Source: Gemmatimonadota bacterium (GTDB taxonomy: Bacteria; Gemmatimonadota; Gemmatimonadetes; Gemmatimonadales; GWC2-71-9). From it: a stretch of DNA of 64,000 nt. Position numbers and translations under genes: made by a program. Where the stretch lies: NCBI GenBank assembly GCA_025357945.1, contig JANYLJ010000045.1:10392-74391 (forward strand). The letters run 5' to 3'. Shown here piece by piece: positions 1-8,843 of the stretch. Position 1 is the first letter of the stretch. Each line of letters starts with the position of its first letter. The notes under the pieces were generated by a model that was not told where the DNA came from, did not search any database, and saw only the letters and a program-made list of their open reading frames with translations.

Positions 1-2
1 TG

Positions 3-425
3 GCAGGAATGAAGGGAATGAAGCAGGTCATCGACCTGAGGAAGGCGGCCGCCGCACACACGAAGACGCCGGTCGAGGCCAAGGCCCTCGGTACGTCGGA
101 TGTGGTCGCGGGGTACAAGTGCGACAACTTCGAGATAACCGATGGGAAAAGGGTCTCGACCCTCTGCATCACCAGGGAACTGGGGACATTCATCTACCCA
201 TCGGGTGGCATGATGGGACGCGGCGGTGGCGACGCGCCCGCCTGGGTGACGGCGATGAGGGACCATCCCGGCTTTCCGCTCCGGGTGTCCGACCACGACG
301 GGAAAGTCATCATGGAGGTCACCGGCGTGAAGAAAGGAAACGTCCCCTCCGACACCTTCGAGATCCCGGAGGGCTATTCCGACATGGGTAGCATGATGGG
401 TGGTCGCGGCGGCGGCGCCCGCTAG
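3..425 (+). CDS. DUF4412-like secreted protein, C-terminal part (ORF open to the window edge, probably 5'-truncated)
   Basis: The frame is open from position 3, with no stop before the ATG at 9. The C-terminal architecture (VAGYKCDNFEI ... FEIPEGY) parallels the next gene (VAGITCEEWETV ... FELPADL). There are two Gly/Met-rich MMG(R)GGG stretches. Confidence 0.55.
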   Translation, partial: AGMKGMKQVIDLRKAAAAHTKTPVEAKALGTSDVVAGYKCDNFEITDGKRVSTLCITRELGTFIYPSGGMMGRGGGDAPAWVTAMRDHPGFPLRVSDHDGKVIMEVTGVKKGNVPSDTFEIPEGYSDMGSMMGGRGGGAR

Positions 426-452
426 CCACCGATTGCCCGAGCATCGCCGGTA

Positions 453-474
453 GGCGCCACCAGACTGGTGGCCC
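453..474 (+). terminator. Hairpin after the first gene (candidate weak intrinsic terminator)
   Basis: GCCACCAG-A-CTGGTGGC (456..472) is a perfect 8-nt inverted repeat, extendable with a bulge to 453..474. It is followed by CCTCATCTTTG, which is only a poor T-tract. Confidence 0.3.
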
Positions 475-515
475 TCATCTTTGCCCGGTACTCCTTCCTT
501 GGAAGCCCCGTGAGA

Positions 516-1346
516 ATGCATAACCGCTTGGCCACAGCGCTCCTGCTCGCGTCCGCGTCGCCCCTCGTGGCGCAAGGCGCCCCAGCCGGGACCGCCACTT
601 TTCAAATGACCATCCACCTGCCGGACTCGTTGAAGACGCCGATCCCGCTCGCTGGCGACATGAGTTTCCAGATGATCATGATGACCGATGGCCACCGCGT
701 CGCGATGGAAATACTGCCGAGTACGTCGCAGCCGCTTATGGCGGGGATGCACCTCAAGGCCACGTTCACGATCGGCGCCGATACGCTCCACGTCGGGATG
801 CTACTTCCGGCCGAGACGGCCGCCGCTGCTGGTGGCGGCTCCGGGATACGGATGGACGTGCCCGTCTCGCTGCTGGGCGCCGGAAATCCCTTGCTCGGCA
901 AGATGATGGACTCGGTCACCAGGACGATGACCGACTCGCTGGGCAAGTCCCTCCCGACGTACCGTCGACTCGGGACAACGGCAACCGTGGCCGGAATCAC
1001 CTGCGAAGAATGGGAAACGGTGGTGCTGTCCGACACCACCCGCACTTGTGTGATTGCCACGCCGCCAGCGGTGCTCGCGCTGCTGGAACGCTTCAAGACG
1101 ATGACCGGGTTCGCGACGATGCTGGCCCGGATTCCCGGCATGGCCGACCTGCAGAAGCAGGCGTACGGTGGCAAGCAGGTGATCCCGATTCGCACCGTGA
1201 ACACCAAGCTCGGGATGCGATTGGAACTGACAAGTTTCACCGCTGGCGCACCAGATGCGGCGATGTTCGAGTTGCCGGCCGACCTGCAGGTGATGCCGCT
1301 ACCGACGATGCCCGCCAAGCCAGCCGCGGGCGGCCAACAGCAGTGA
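516..1346 (+). CDS. DUF4412-like secreted protein (paralogue of the preceding gene)
   Basis: ORF 468..1346. The ATG at 516 gives the signal peptide MHNRLATALLLASASPLVAQG. The C-terminal region resembles the preceding gene. Confidence 0.6.
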   Translation: MHNRLATALLLASASPLVAQGAPAGTATFQMTIHLPDSLKTPIPLAGDMSFQMIMMTDGHRVAMEILPSTSQPLMAGMHLKATFTIGADTLHVGMLLPAETAAAAGGGSGIRMDVPVSLLGAGNPLLGKMMDSVTRTMTDSLGKSLPTYRRLGTTATVAGITCEEWETVVLSDTTRTCVIATPPAVLALLERFKTMTGFATMLARIPGMADLQKQAYGGKQVIPIRTVNTKLGMRLELTSFTAGAPDAAMFELPADLQVMPLPTMPAKPAAGGQQQ

Positions 1347-2242
1347 AGCGGTGTTTCGCGGCGCTGCTGGCCCTCTCGGCCTGCAGTGCCAAGCGGGGTG
1401 AAACCGGCAGCAGCTCGCCCGGATTCGAAGACGCCGAAGGCCGCCCGATCACGATCGCGAACCTCCCCGTGCATCGCATCGTCTCCACCATGCAGTCGGC
1501 AACCGAGTGGTTGGTTCTCATGGGTGAGAGCACCCGCCTGGTCGCGCGCACCGATTTCGATCGCCAACCCGAGATCGCATCTCTCCCGTCGATCGGCGGC
1601 GGACTTGACCCGAGCGCCGAAGCGATTGCCGCGCTCAAGCCCGACGTGATCGTTGGCTGGCGTAACCGTGCGTCCGCCGACCTCGAGCAGGCGCTCACCC
1701 CGTTGCACATCCCGGTGCTTTCGTTCGAGACGACAGACACTGCCGACGTCTTTCGCAACCTGATGCGACTGGGCGTCCTCGTCGATCGCCGGAATCGGGC
1801 CGATTCGCTCGCGACGGCCCTGCGCAACAGACTCAGGGCCGTACGGCGCGATGCCTGCCCGACCGCAACGACCATCGCACCGACGGTGCTGCTGGTACTC
1901 TGGACCGATCCGCCGGTGACGTCCGGCGGCGGCACCTGGATGACGACCCTGCTGGAGACCGCCTGCCTCCGCAACGTGTTCGGCGACCTCACCGCCGCGT
2001 GGCCCACCGTGTCGCTCGAGGCGATCACATCGCGGCAACCGGACTGGATCCTGACCTCGCGCGGTCAACCGGGACAGCGCTTGGCCGACCTTCGGAACAA
2101 GCCCGGATGGCGCGACCTCGCTGCGGTGCGCGCCGGCCGGGTGCTCGAGATTCCTGGCGACCTCTTCGCCCGCGCCGGGCCGACCATTGCCGACGCCGCC
2201 GAGGCGATCGTCGCGGCGCGGCGGGCGATTCAGGGGCACTGA
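1343..2242 (+). CDS. ABC-transporter periplasmic substrate-binding protein, BtuF/FecB (iron-siderophore/cobalamin) type
   Basis: The GTG at 1343 overlaps the upstream TGA (GTGA). There is a lipoprotein-like N-terminus, VKRCFAALLALSAC. The motifs HRIVSTMQSATEWLVLMG and LKPDVIVGW are typical of PF01497-type binding proteins. The long ORF 1010..2242 is an out-of-gene N-terminal extension. Confidence 0.75.
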   Translation: MKRCFAALLALSACSAKRGETGSSSPGFEDAEGRPITIANLPVHRIVSTMQSATEWLVLMGESTRLVARTDFDRQPEIASLPSIGGGLDPSAEAIAALKPDVIVGWRNRASADLEQALTPLHIPVLSFETTDTADVFRNLMRLGVLVDRRNRADSLATALRNRLRAVRRDACPTATTIAPTVLLVLWTDPPVTSGGGTWMTTLLETACLRNVFGDLTAAWPTVSLEAITSRQPDWILTSRGQPGQRLADLRNKPGWRDLAAVRAGRVLEIPGDLFARAGPTIADAAEAIVAARRAIQGH

Positions 2243-2268
2243 CAGCCCCGGTCCGGCCTCGTTATCTT
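2239..2268 (+). promoter_or_regulatory. Candidate promoter for tRNA-Ser (and gltX): CTGACA-N18-TATCTT
   Basis: The -35-like CTGACA is at 2239..2244 and the -10-like TATCTT at 2263..2268, 12 nt before the tRNA 5' end. Confidence 0.4.
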
Positions 2269-2280
2269 AGGCGGCCCCAA

Positions 2281-2371
2281 GGAGCGATGGCCGAGTGGCT
2301 GAAGGCGGCGGTTTGCTAAACCGTTTTAGGGGGGTAACCTCCTAACGAGGGTTCGAATCCCTCTCGCTCCG
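2281..2371 (+). tRNA. tRNA-Ser (anticodon GCT)
   Basis: It folds by hand as a cloverleaf. The acceptor stem GGAGCGA pairs with TCGCTCC, followed by discriminator G. The D-arm is GCC...GGC. The anticodon stem is GCGGT/ACCGT with loop TTGCTAA. There is a long variable arm, and the T-arm is GAGGG-TTCGAAT-CCCTC. Confidence 0.93.
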
Positions 2372-2381
2372 TGAGATTCTG

Positions 2382-3800
2382 ATGACTGCACCCCGCGTCC
2401 GCTTCGCTCCGTCGCCCACCGGATACCTCCACGTCGGTGGTGCCCGCACCGCGCTCTTCAATTGGCTCTATGCCCGGCGTACCGGCGGCGTGTTCGTGCT
2501 GCGGATCGAGGACACCGACAAGGAACGCAGCACCGACGCGCACACCCAGGTGATCCTCGACGGGCTGTCATGGCTCGGCATCACCTGGGACGAAGGACCG
2601 TACTTCCAGGGTGCCTGTGCCGATCGTCACCGCACAGACGCCGAGTGGCTGCTCGCAGCCGGCCACGCGTACAAGGACTTCCTTACCAGCGACGAGCTCG
2701 ACGCCGAACGCGCCAAGGCGAAGGCACTGGGCGCACCATTCCGCTACGAACGCGCCAAGTGCGACCTGCCCGCGGCGGAACGGGCGCGGCGCGAAGCGGC
2801 GGGGCTGCCATATACCGTCCGGTTCGCGATGCCGCAGGAAGAGATCGCCTGGGACGACGCGGTGCACGGGCGGATTTCGTGGCAGGGGAGTGACCTCGAC
2901 GATTTCATCATCCTGCGGTCGGACGGATCGGCGATCTACAACATGGCCGTCGTCTCCGACGACATCGCGATGCGAATCACTCACGTCATCCGCGGCGACG
3001 ACCACATCTCCAACACTCCGAAGCAGATCGCGCTGTATCAGGCGCTGGGCCACGAACCGCCAGTGTTCGCCCACGTGCCGATGATCCTGGGCACCGACGG
3101 CAAGAAGCTCTCCAAGCGCCGCGCCGCAGCCGCTGTGGGCGACTACCAGGACCTGGGCATCCTGCCGGCGGCGATGCGCAACTTCCTGGCCCTCCTCGGC
3201 TGGTCACCCGGCGGCAACGAAGAGATCATCCCGCAAACGGAGATGATCGCGCGCTTCTCGCTCGAACATATCCAGAAGAAGGCTGCCGTCTTCGACCCGA
3301 TCAAGCTCGAATGGATGAACGGCCAGTATCTCTCGCTGTTGCCCGTCGTCGAGCTGCTCGATCCGGTGCAGCGTCAGCTGGAAATGCTCGGCGTCAGCAC
3401 CGGGCGCGACCTCGCACCATTGATCGACGCCGTCAAGGCACGCTCACGCACCGTGACGCACATCGCCGAGCAGATTGCGGTGCGTCTTGATGCCACTCGC
3501 ATCGTGCGAGACGCCAAGGCGGAACAGTTGATCGCGAAGCTGGGCGATCGGTTTGCGGTGAACCTGAAACTGGCCCATGAGTCGCTGGCCGCCTGCGACG
3601 CCGTCAATTGGCATGCCGCGTTCCTCGAAGGGATCCTCAAGCAACTGGCCGAATCGTTTGGTGCCAAGCTCGGTGACGTGATGCAGCCGATCCGCATCGC
3701 ACTTACCGGCGGGACGGTGTCGGAGCCGGTGCCGGAGCTGCTGACGGCGGTGGGTCGGGACGAGAGCCTGACACGGATTGCGGGCGCGATCCCGGGGTAG
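2382..3800 (+). CDS. gltX: Glutamate--tRNA ligase
   Basis: The N-terminus RFAPSPTGYLHVGGARTALFNWLYAR carries a HIGH-type motif, followed by RIEDTDKERS and the KMSKS-type motif KLSKRR. Confidence 0.95.
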   Translation: MTAPRVRFAPSPTGYLHVGGARTALFNWLYARRTGGVFVLRIEDTDKERSTDAHTQVILDGLSWLGITWDEGPYFQGACADRHRTDAEWLLAAGHAYKDFLTSDELDAERAKAKALGAPFRYERAKCDLPAAERARREAAGLPYTVRFAMPQEEIAWDDAVHGRISWQGSDLDDFIILRSDGSAIYNMAVVSDDIAMRITHVIRGDDHISNTPKQIALYQALGHEPPVFAHVPMILGTDGKKLSKRRAAAAVGDYQDLGILPAAMRNFLALLGWSPGGNEEIIPQTEMIARFSLEHIQKKAAVFDPIKLEWMNGQYLSLLPVVELLDPVQRQLEMLGVSTGRDLAPLIDAVKARSRTVTHIAEQIAVRLDATRIVRDAKAEQLIAKLGDRFAVNLKLAHESLAACDAVNWHAAFLEGILKQLAESFGAKLGDVMQPIRIALTGGTVSEPVPELLTAVGRDESLTRIAGAIPG

Positions 3801-3809
3801 CTCGCCACG

Positions 3810-3864
3810 TCGTCCTGAGCGTAAGTCGTTCACGAGCACGCAGATCCTTCGCTGCGCTCAGGAC
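3810..3864. repeat. REP-like hairpin between convergent genes (11-bp stem CGTCCTGAGCG / CGCTCAGGACG)
   Basis: It is a perfect 11-bp inverted repeat (3810..3820 and 3854..3864) with a 33-nt loop. The right arm GATCCTTCGCTGCGCTCAGGACG resembles a repeat type I recall as common in soil-bacterial genomes. Confidence 0.45.
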
Positions 3865-3889
3865 GCCAGCAGCTGCGTTCGGGGCGACC

Positions 3890-4441
3890 TCAGCCGAACT
3901 TCAGCAGCTTTACGACATCGACCCCGCACCATTCCGCGAGCTTCGGATGCCGCCACGCCAGCCGCTCCCGCTCGACCACCGGAAAAGCTGCATCAGGGAG
4001 CCACACCTCGACCTGCCGCTGGTCGATGTCGACGACCCAGTACTCGGGAATACGCTGTTCCTGATAGAGGCGGCGTTTGGTGATGCGATCGGCCTTGGCG
4101 CTGGAGGGGCTCACGACCTCGATCGCCAAGTAGAGCGTTCGAATGTCGGTCCACTTCCAGGTGTGCTTGAACTCCGTGAGGTCGGCTACGAAGAGATCGG
4201 GCTGTACGAGTGTGTCCGCTCCGCAGGAGATATCGGCGGGCGAGGAGAGTGCGGCATCGATCCCGTTGGCTGCCAGATAGCTGCGGATGGCGAACTCCAG
4301 ATGGCCGAGCACGAACTGGTGCCTTCCACCCGGCGCCGGCGTCACGTGCAGCTCGCCGTGGACGGTTTCGTAGCGGTTGCCATCGTCGGGAAGCGCGCGG
4401 ACAGCGTCGGCGGTGAAATAGCTCGCGAGTGGCATGGACAT
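3890..4441 (-). CDS. Uma2-family (DUF820) putative restriction-endonuclease-like protein
   Basis: The sequence includes YETVHGELHVTPAPGGRHQ, VQPDLFV, LAIEVVSPSS and YQEQRIPEYWVVD, which fits the PD-(D/E)xK-type Uma2 pattern. The start is set at the internal ATG (MSMPLAS) rather than the ORF start at 4519. Confidence 0.8.
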   Translation of the reverse strand: MSMPLASYFTADAVRALPDDGNRYETVHGELHVTPAPGGRHQFVLGHLEFAIRSYLAANGIDAALSSPADISCGADTLVQPDLFVADLTEFKHTWKWTDIRTLYLAIEVVSPSSAKADRITKRRLYQEQRIPEYWVVDIDQRQVEVWLPDAAFPVVERERLAWRHPKLAEWCGVDVVKLLKFG

Positions 4442-4585
4442 AGTATCGTCTCGGCGGCGAATGGGAGGCAAGTGCGGTCCATGCGCGAAGGGTGATGGCG
4501 CGCGCCCTGGACGTGTCATCGGTTCACTGGTGCGCGGGGCTCTTGAACGCGAAGGCGCCCCGGGTACATGGAGAAGGCACCGAAT

Positions 4586-4614
4586 TTGTCAGTCGCCCAA
4601 TGGACGCCTAATAT
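4586..4614 (+). promoter_or_regulatory. Candidate sigma70-type promoter TTGTCA-N17-TAATAT
   Basis: It lies in the only clearly AT-richer stretch of the 280-bp divergent intergenic region. The hexamers are at 4586..4591 and 4609..4614, about 105 nt upstream of the 4720 start. Confidence 0.45.
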
Positions 4615-4719
4615 TCGCGTGAAGGTGATTCGGGTATAGCGATACCATGGCCAACGTGACCGCTCGACCCGACCTGCCATCCAACGCGTGTACGTCGTGA
4701 TCCGTATCACTTGGAGGCG

Positions 4720-5562
4720 ATGAACGTGTGGCGTCGGTTGAGAGCTGCCCTCGGGTTCCTCGGCATGTGCATACCGACAGTCGTGTCGGCGCAGAGTCGT
4801 ACACCGGATGCGCGTTGCGTGTTCGATACCGCAGCCCATCGGGACACGATTGTGACCACCGTGTCGATCTTCGTCCGAAAAGACGCCGACAGCGTGGCCG
4901 ACCCGGCACTGACCCGCGCCATCGGAATGATGATGCGTGAGCGGTTTCATCCCCCGGAATCGATCGCCTCGCTCTTCTACCCAAACACCGCCGGGCCAAA
5001 GGAAGGCCCATTCGGACCTGGTGGGTGGACATTTGGGACCTTCGAATTGACGATTCGGCCGAATGGGGGATTCGACGGAATTAGATGGCTTGTGTCGACG
5101 GGCGACTCTGCGACCGATGACGCCTTCCTTCGGGCGGTGCGCGAAGCGGGCGATTCAGGGATTGGGACGGCTCTCCGTCCCTTGCTGCGGGGCTCGGACG
5201 TTCGAGTCCGCGTCGTCGTCACCTCCCGCATCGACGACAGCGTTGCCGTAATTCTCCGGGTTCGAGTGCCCGTGATTCGGGCGCAATCGTCGGTGCGAAT
5301 CCGGACGTTCGTCGCTCCGAGATACCCTGAAACCGCGAAGGTCTCCGGCGTTCAGGCAAGAGTGGAGTTGCAGTTTATCGTCGACGAATCCGGGCACGTG
5401 CCGCCGAATTCCATTCAGGTGGTATCGGCGGCGTATCAGGAGTTTGTTGAATCCGCCGTGAACGCGGTACGAGCCGAAACCTTTCGTCCCGCCATGGCGG
5501 GTGGGTGTCCGCTGAAAATGCAGGTGGAGCAAGGCGTCCGCTTTACGATTGGTAAACCGTGA
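4720..5562 (+). CDS. Secreted protein with TonB-C-terminal-like domain
   Basis: The signal peptide is ...LGFLGMCIPTVVSAQS. The C-terminus VAPRYPETAKVSGVQARVELQFIVDESGHV ... fits the TonB_C fold pattern. A GGAGG lies just upstream. The start (TTG 4711, ATG 4720 or GTG 4726) is uncertain. Confidence 0.6.
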   Translation: MNVWRRLRAALGFLGMCIPTVVSAQSRTPDARCVFDTAAHRDTIVTTVSIFVRKDADSVADPALTRAIGMMMRERFHPPESIASLFYPNTAGPKEGPFGPGGWTFGTFELTIRPNGGFDGIRWLVSTGDSATDDAFLRAVREAGDSGIGTALRPLLRGSDVRVRVVVTSRIDDSVAVILRVRVPVIRAQSSVRIRTFVAPRYPETAKVSGVQARVELQFIVDESGHVPPNSIQVVSAAYQEFVESAVNAVRAETFRPAMAGGCPLKMQVEQGVRFTIGKP

Positions 5563-5721
5563 GCCCTTGGGCTGATCGTGCGCCACAACCCGTTGGTGAG
5601 GCCGGTTGCCGCCATTCTGCTTTTACGCGTGAGAGTCTGGCTTTGGACTGTATCCTTGACGGGAGGCTTACGGGCGAGCGGAACGCCGAGGGCGCATTCT
5701 CAATGCAAGGGTGTCGACCGA

Positions 5722-7542
5722 TCACTGAACGGTCGCAAGCACCGCGCCCGCCTTCTTCTTCACCCGCGCTTGCGCCGCCGCGACCTCCGTCGTGAGTTCA
5801 ACGTGGGGCAGCGTCATCTCGGGCACCTTCGCCAAAGCCCCGACGTAGTAGTCGCGCCACGCCTCGAGAATGACGCGCTGCGAATCCACGCTCGACTTCG
5901 CCAGCGCCGCGCGCGATAGCTTCCCTTCCGCTTCCAGCCGCTGCTCGGCGATCCCTGCCAATTCGTCCAGCGCCGCCTTGGCGTACTCCGGATGATTCGC
6001 CGCCGTCAGGATCAACGCCGCTGCCAGCGCGCAGTTGCCGACATGCTGCAGCTCCCTGGCGCTCACCATGTCGATCCGGTCGAGATCGTCGTGATAATGC
6101 TGATCGGTAAAGTGCCACATCAACACGCCCGGGATCCGCGCCGCTACGAATGGCGTGTGATCGCTGCCGCCTTCGTACGGGTTCGCCCTGACGACCCAAT
6201 CACCGCCGGTCGCGACGGACTGATCGACGCAACGCTGCTTCACAAAATCGTTGTAGTAATGCGGCCAGATGTCCTTCGGGGTCATCGCCTGCCCGGTACC
6301 CCACGCGGTGTGCTGATCCTCGCCGCGGACCCAGATTTTCGACGGATCGGGCATCTTCTCGATCAGGAACGTGCCGCCGGTCAGCGCGGTGTTCTCGCCG
6401 ACCATATCGAGCGACATCCCCCACTTGATGGCTTTGCGCCGAACGGAATCCTCGGCGACATAGCGCTGCGTCTGCTGGATCTCCACGCCCCAGAGCATGG
6501 TGATCGTGCGGCCCGGGTTGATCTGCCCCGCCTTGAGCATCACGGCCGCCGTTCGCGCCATCTCGGCGAGCAGCCCCACGCCTGATGCGTTGTCGTTGGC
6601 ACCAGGTTCCTGCACGTGTGCCGAATACACGAAGCGCTCCCCGGGTGCGACCGAACCGTGAATCTCGGCCACCAGCGTCCGTTCCGGCCGGTTCTCGAAA
6701 ACGGTCTCGGTGACCACATGGGCGCGCACCGGGCCCTTGGCCAGCGCGGCGTTCAGCGTGTCACGCGCCGCGAGCGATACGAACAGCGCGAAGATCCGCG
6801 CGGTTGTGTCGTACGGAATCCCGGTGAAGTTGATTGCCGCCCGGTTCTTCTCCTGCTGATTGTACGCCGGCAGGCGCTGGCCGAGGAGGACGCCAACGGC
6901 ACCACGGGCCGCGGCACGTTGTACGAGTCCCGGAGTCGAGGCACCGTTGCGACGGCCACCACGCCCGGCGCCGGGAGTCTCGCTGTAGGCGATCCTTCCT
7001 TTCACCCCGGCTTGGTCGAGTTCGGCGTCGGTGCCACCGCCCACGTTGACGATCTCCGCATCAATACCACCGAGCGGCGTCGACCACGACTGGCTCGGCA
7101 GCATGTTGTGATTCGTGGACCACTGCTCCAGCGGCTTCGTCCGCCCCGCGAGGGTGATCGATGCGCCCAGCGGTGACCAGGCGATCCCGCGCGACGGCCG
7201 CGATTCGACCCGGTACGTCAGCCGCTCCTTCGGCGGCGGCCCCTTTTCGGGGATATAGCCGAAGGCCGGCTTTTCCTCGACGTACCCCGCCGCACGGAGG
7301 ACACCCACCACGCTGTCGATTGCGGCGTCGAACCCGCGACTCGCCGGATCCCGGTAGAACTGCTGGACGTAGTCCGTCGTGGCGAACGCCTTGTCACCCG
7401 ACAGGATCTTTGCGATCGGACCGGTGATCGCCGCGTACGCCTTGTTCGGTGCGGCGATGGGCTTGGTGGCTTGGGCAGCGGCGAGGGTTGGTACAGCGGC
7501 AACGGCGGTGACGATCGAACGCAGGCAACGACTACGGGTCAC
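5722..7542 (-). CDS. M28-family metallopeptidase (aminopeptidase-like) with signal peptide
   Basis: The signal peptide is ...AVPTLAAAQA. The metal-ligand neighbourhoods HVQEPGANDNASGVGLLAEMAR and GGSDHTPF are present. Confidence 0.85.
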   Translation of the reverse strand: MTRSRCLRSIVTAVAAVPTLAAAQATKPIAAPNKAYAAITGPIAKILSGDKAFATTDYVQQFYRDPASRGFDAAIDSVVGVLRAAGYVEEKPAFGYIPEKGPPPKERLTYRVESRPSRGIAWSPLGASITLAGRTKPLEQWSTNHNMLPSQSWSTPLGGIDAEIVNVGGGTDAELDQAGVKGRIAYSETPGAGRGGRRNGASTPGLVQRAAARGAVGVLLGQRLPAYNQQEKNRAAINFTGIPYDTTARIFALFVSLAARDTLNAALAKGPVRAHVVTETVFENRPERTLVAEIHGSVAPGERFVYSAHVQEPGANDNASGVGLLAEMARTAAVMLKAGQINPGRTITMLWGVEIQQTQRYVAEDSVRRKAIKWGMSLDMVGENTALTGGTFLIEKMPDPSKIWVRGEDQHTAWGTGQAMTPKDIWPHYYNDFVKQRCVDQSVATGGDWVVRANPYEGGSDHTPFVAARIPGVLMWHFTDQHYHDDLDRIDMVSARELQHVGNCALAAALILTAANHPEYAKAALDELAGIAEQRLEAEGKLSRAALAKSSVDSQRVILEAWRDYYVGALAKVPEMTLPHVELTTEVAAAQARVKKKAGAVLATVQ

Positions 7543-7551
7543 GGGACTTCC

Positions 7552-7995
7552 TCAGGCGAAGGCACCGGCGCGGAAGCGCCAGCAACGGTCCAGGAATTCA
7601 TCCAGCCAGCCGCGGGTGATGAACGCGTCGACGGCGGCCGTCGTCGCCGCGGCATCGGCGCCCCACAGGGCGGCTCGCTTGGGGCCGTCACCGAACTCGG
7701 CCTGAATCACCGACCGGCCCTGGTCGGACCAGACCGTCGGCAGTTCAGCGCCGAAGCGACCGGCCACGCCGTTCACACCGGGGCCACCGATGCAGATCGT
7801 CGGGCTGTCATGAAACATCGGCGTATCGAACCAGGCGATGTCGCTGACGATCACGGCCCGACGGTAGGGATGCCCGGCGCCGCGGCCGTCCACCGCCGCC
7901 TTGAGTGCGAATGCCGCCGATCGGTCATCCGACGTCGGCGACAGGTCGGCGGAGACCACGACGACGACCGTCTCCGAATTGTCGATCAGCTTCAT
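7552..7995 (-). CDS. Hypothetical protein (147 aa)
   Basis: The ORF runs in the same direction as its neighbours, and its start overlaps the upstream stop by 4 nt. I recognise no family. Confidence 0.55.
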   Translation of the reverse strand: MKLIDNSETVVVVVSADLSPTSDDRSAAFALKAAVDGRGAGHPYRRAVIVSDIAWFDTPMFHDSPTICIGGPGVNGVAGRFGAELPTVWSDQGRSVIQAEFGDGPKRAALWGADAAATTAAVDAFITRGWLDEFLDRCWRFRAGAFA

Positions 7996-8843
7996 CCGTG
8001 GTGGCTCGTATCGGGCGACGTGCGCTGGTTCTTCTTGAATTCGCGGGCGCGTTCGGTCTGATCGTGCAGGTCCTTCACTGCCTTCTTGAACTCGTCGTAA
8101 TTGTCCGCTCGCCGTGCAGCGTCGAGCAAGTCGGCCCGCATCAGTTGCAACTTGGCGTTGAACTCAGCCTGGGTCGGGTTGGCCTGGACCTTGAGCGGTA
8201 GCAGGGCCAGCAACATCGTCGGGATCTTGAGGGGCCCCAGATAGATCCACTTCGAGTCGACGCCAACGGTCTTGCCGCCAATTTTCGTCGTCCAACTCGG
8301 CAACGCATTCGGATGTTCCACCTGTTCCTTCGCCATCGCATCGAGGTAGGTCTGCACCATCGCGGTGACCACGCTGTCGGTCAGTTGCGCGTCCGTCTTG
8401 CCGGTCAGCGTCCTGGCGACCTGCCGTGGCGAGGCAACCATCGGCTGCACCCAGAGGCGGCCATCGCCATACCGCGGTTGAAGGTCGGCCATGGCGCCGG
8501 TCGGCGGCGAATCGACCGGGGCGCGCGGAATCGCGCCGGCGAACCCGGTCGGCGGCAGCACGCTCGGCGTCACTCGTGGGGCGACCGCGGGCGACGCCGG
8601 CACCCGCATCGCGGCGATCGCCGTGGCGGCACGCACCGCGCGCGAATACAGCATCGGCACCGCACGGACCGAATCGCGCATCACGATGTCATACGCGGCG
8701 AACAGCGGCGGAGCCGGCACGTCGCGCTGTCCGATCAGGATGAACGCGATCGGGGCGTGCAGCGCCACGGCGAGCAGCCAGAGCCACCACGGCGCCCGTG
8801 AACGGCGCGGCAGCGTGAACTCGCGATTATCCGGCACCAGCAC
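7992..8843 (-). CDS. Hypothetical membrane-anchored protein
   Basis: There is one N-terminal TM segment (APWWLWLLAVALHAPIAFILIG) and a Lys/Glu-rich C-terminus. The GTG start overlaps the aminotransferase 3' end by 17 nt. Confidence 0.6.
   Translation of the reverse strand: MLVPDNREFTLPRRSRAPWWLWLLAVALHAPIAFILIGQRDVPAPPLFAAYDIVMRDSVRAVPMLYSRAVRAATAIAAMRVPASPAVAPRVTPSVLPPTGFAGAIPRAPVDSPPTGAMADLQPRYGDGRLWVQPMVASPRQVARTLTGKTDAQLTDSVVTAMVQTYLDAMAKEQVEHPNALPSWTTKIGGKTVGVDSKWIYLGPLKIPTMLLALLPLKVQANPTQAEFNAKLQLMRADLLDAARRADNYDEFKKAVKDLHDQTERAREFKKNQRTSPDTSHHG

Noticed and set aside
602-2239. A 545-aa minus-strand ORF spans two plus-strand genes.
   Set aside because: It crosses a gene boundary and has no recognisable motifs. 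It is opposite well-supported signal-peptide-bearing and binding-protein genes. This is the typical high-GC antisense frame.
6597-6614. TGGCACCAGGTTCCTGCA resembles a sigma54 -24/-12 promoter, which would be relevant given the NtrC-type regulator in the window.
   Set aside because: The GG-to-GC spacing is 14 rather than 12 nt. It lies inside the M28 peptidase coding region and is antisense to it. The other TGGCAC occurrences I checked (9480, 23850, 24081, 30361, 38955, 39041) also lack a correctly spaced TTGC.
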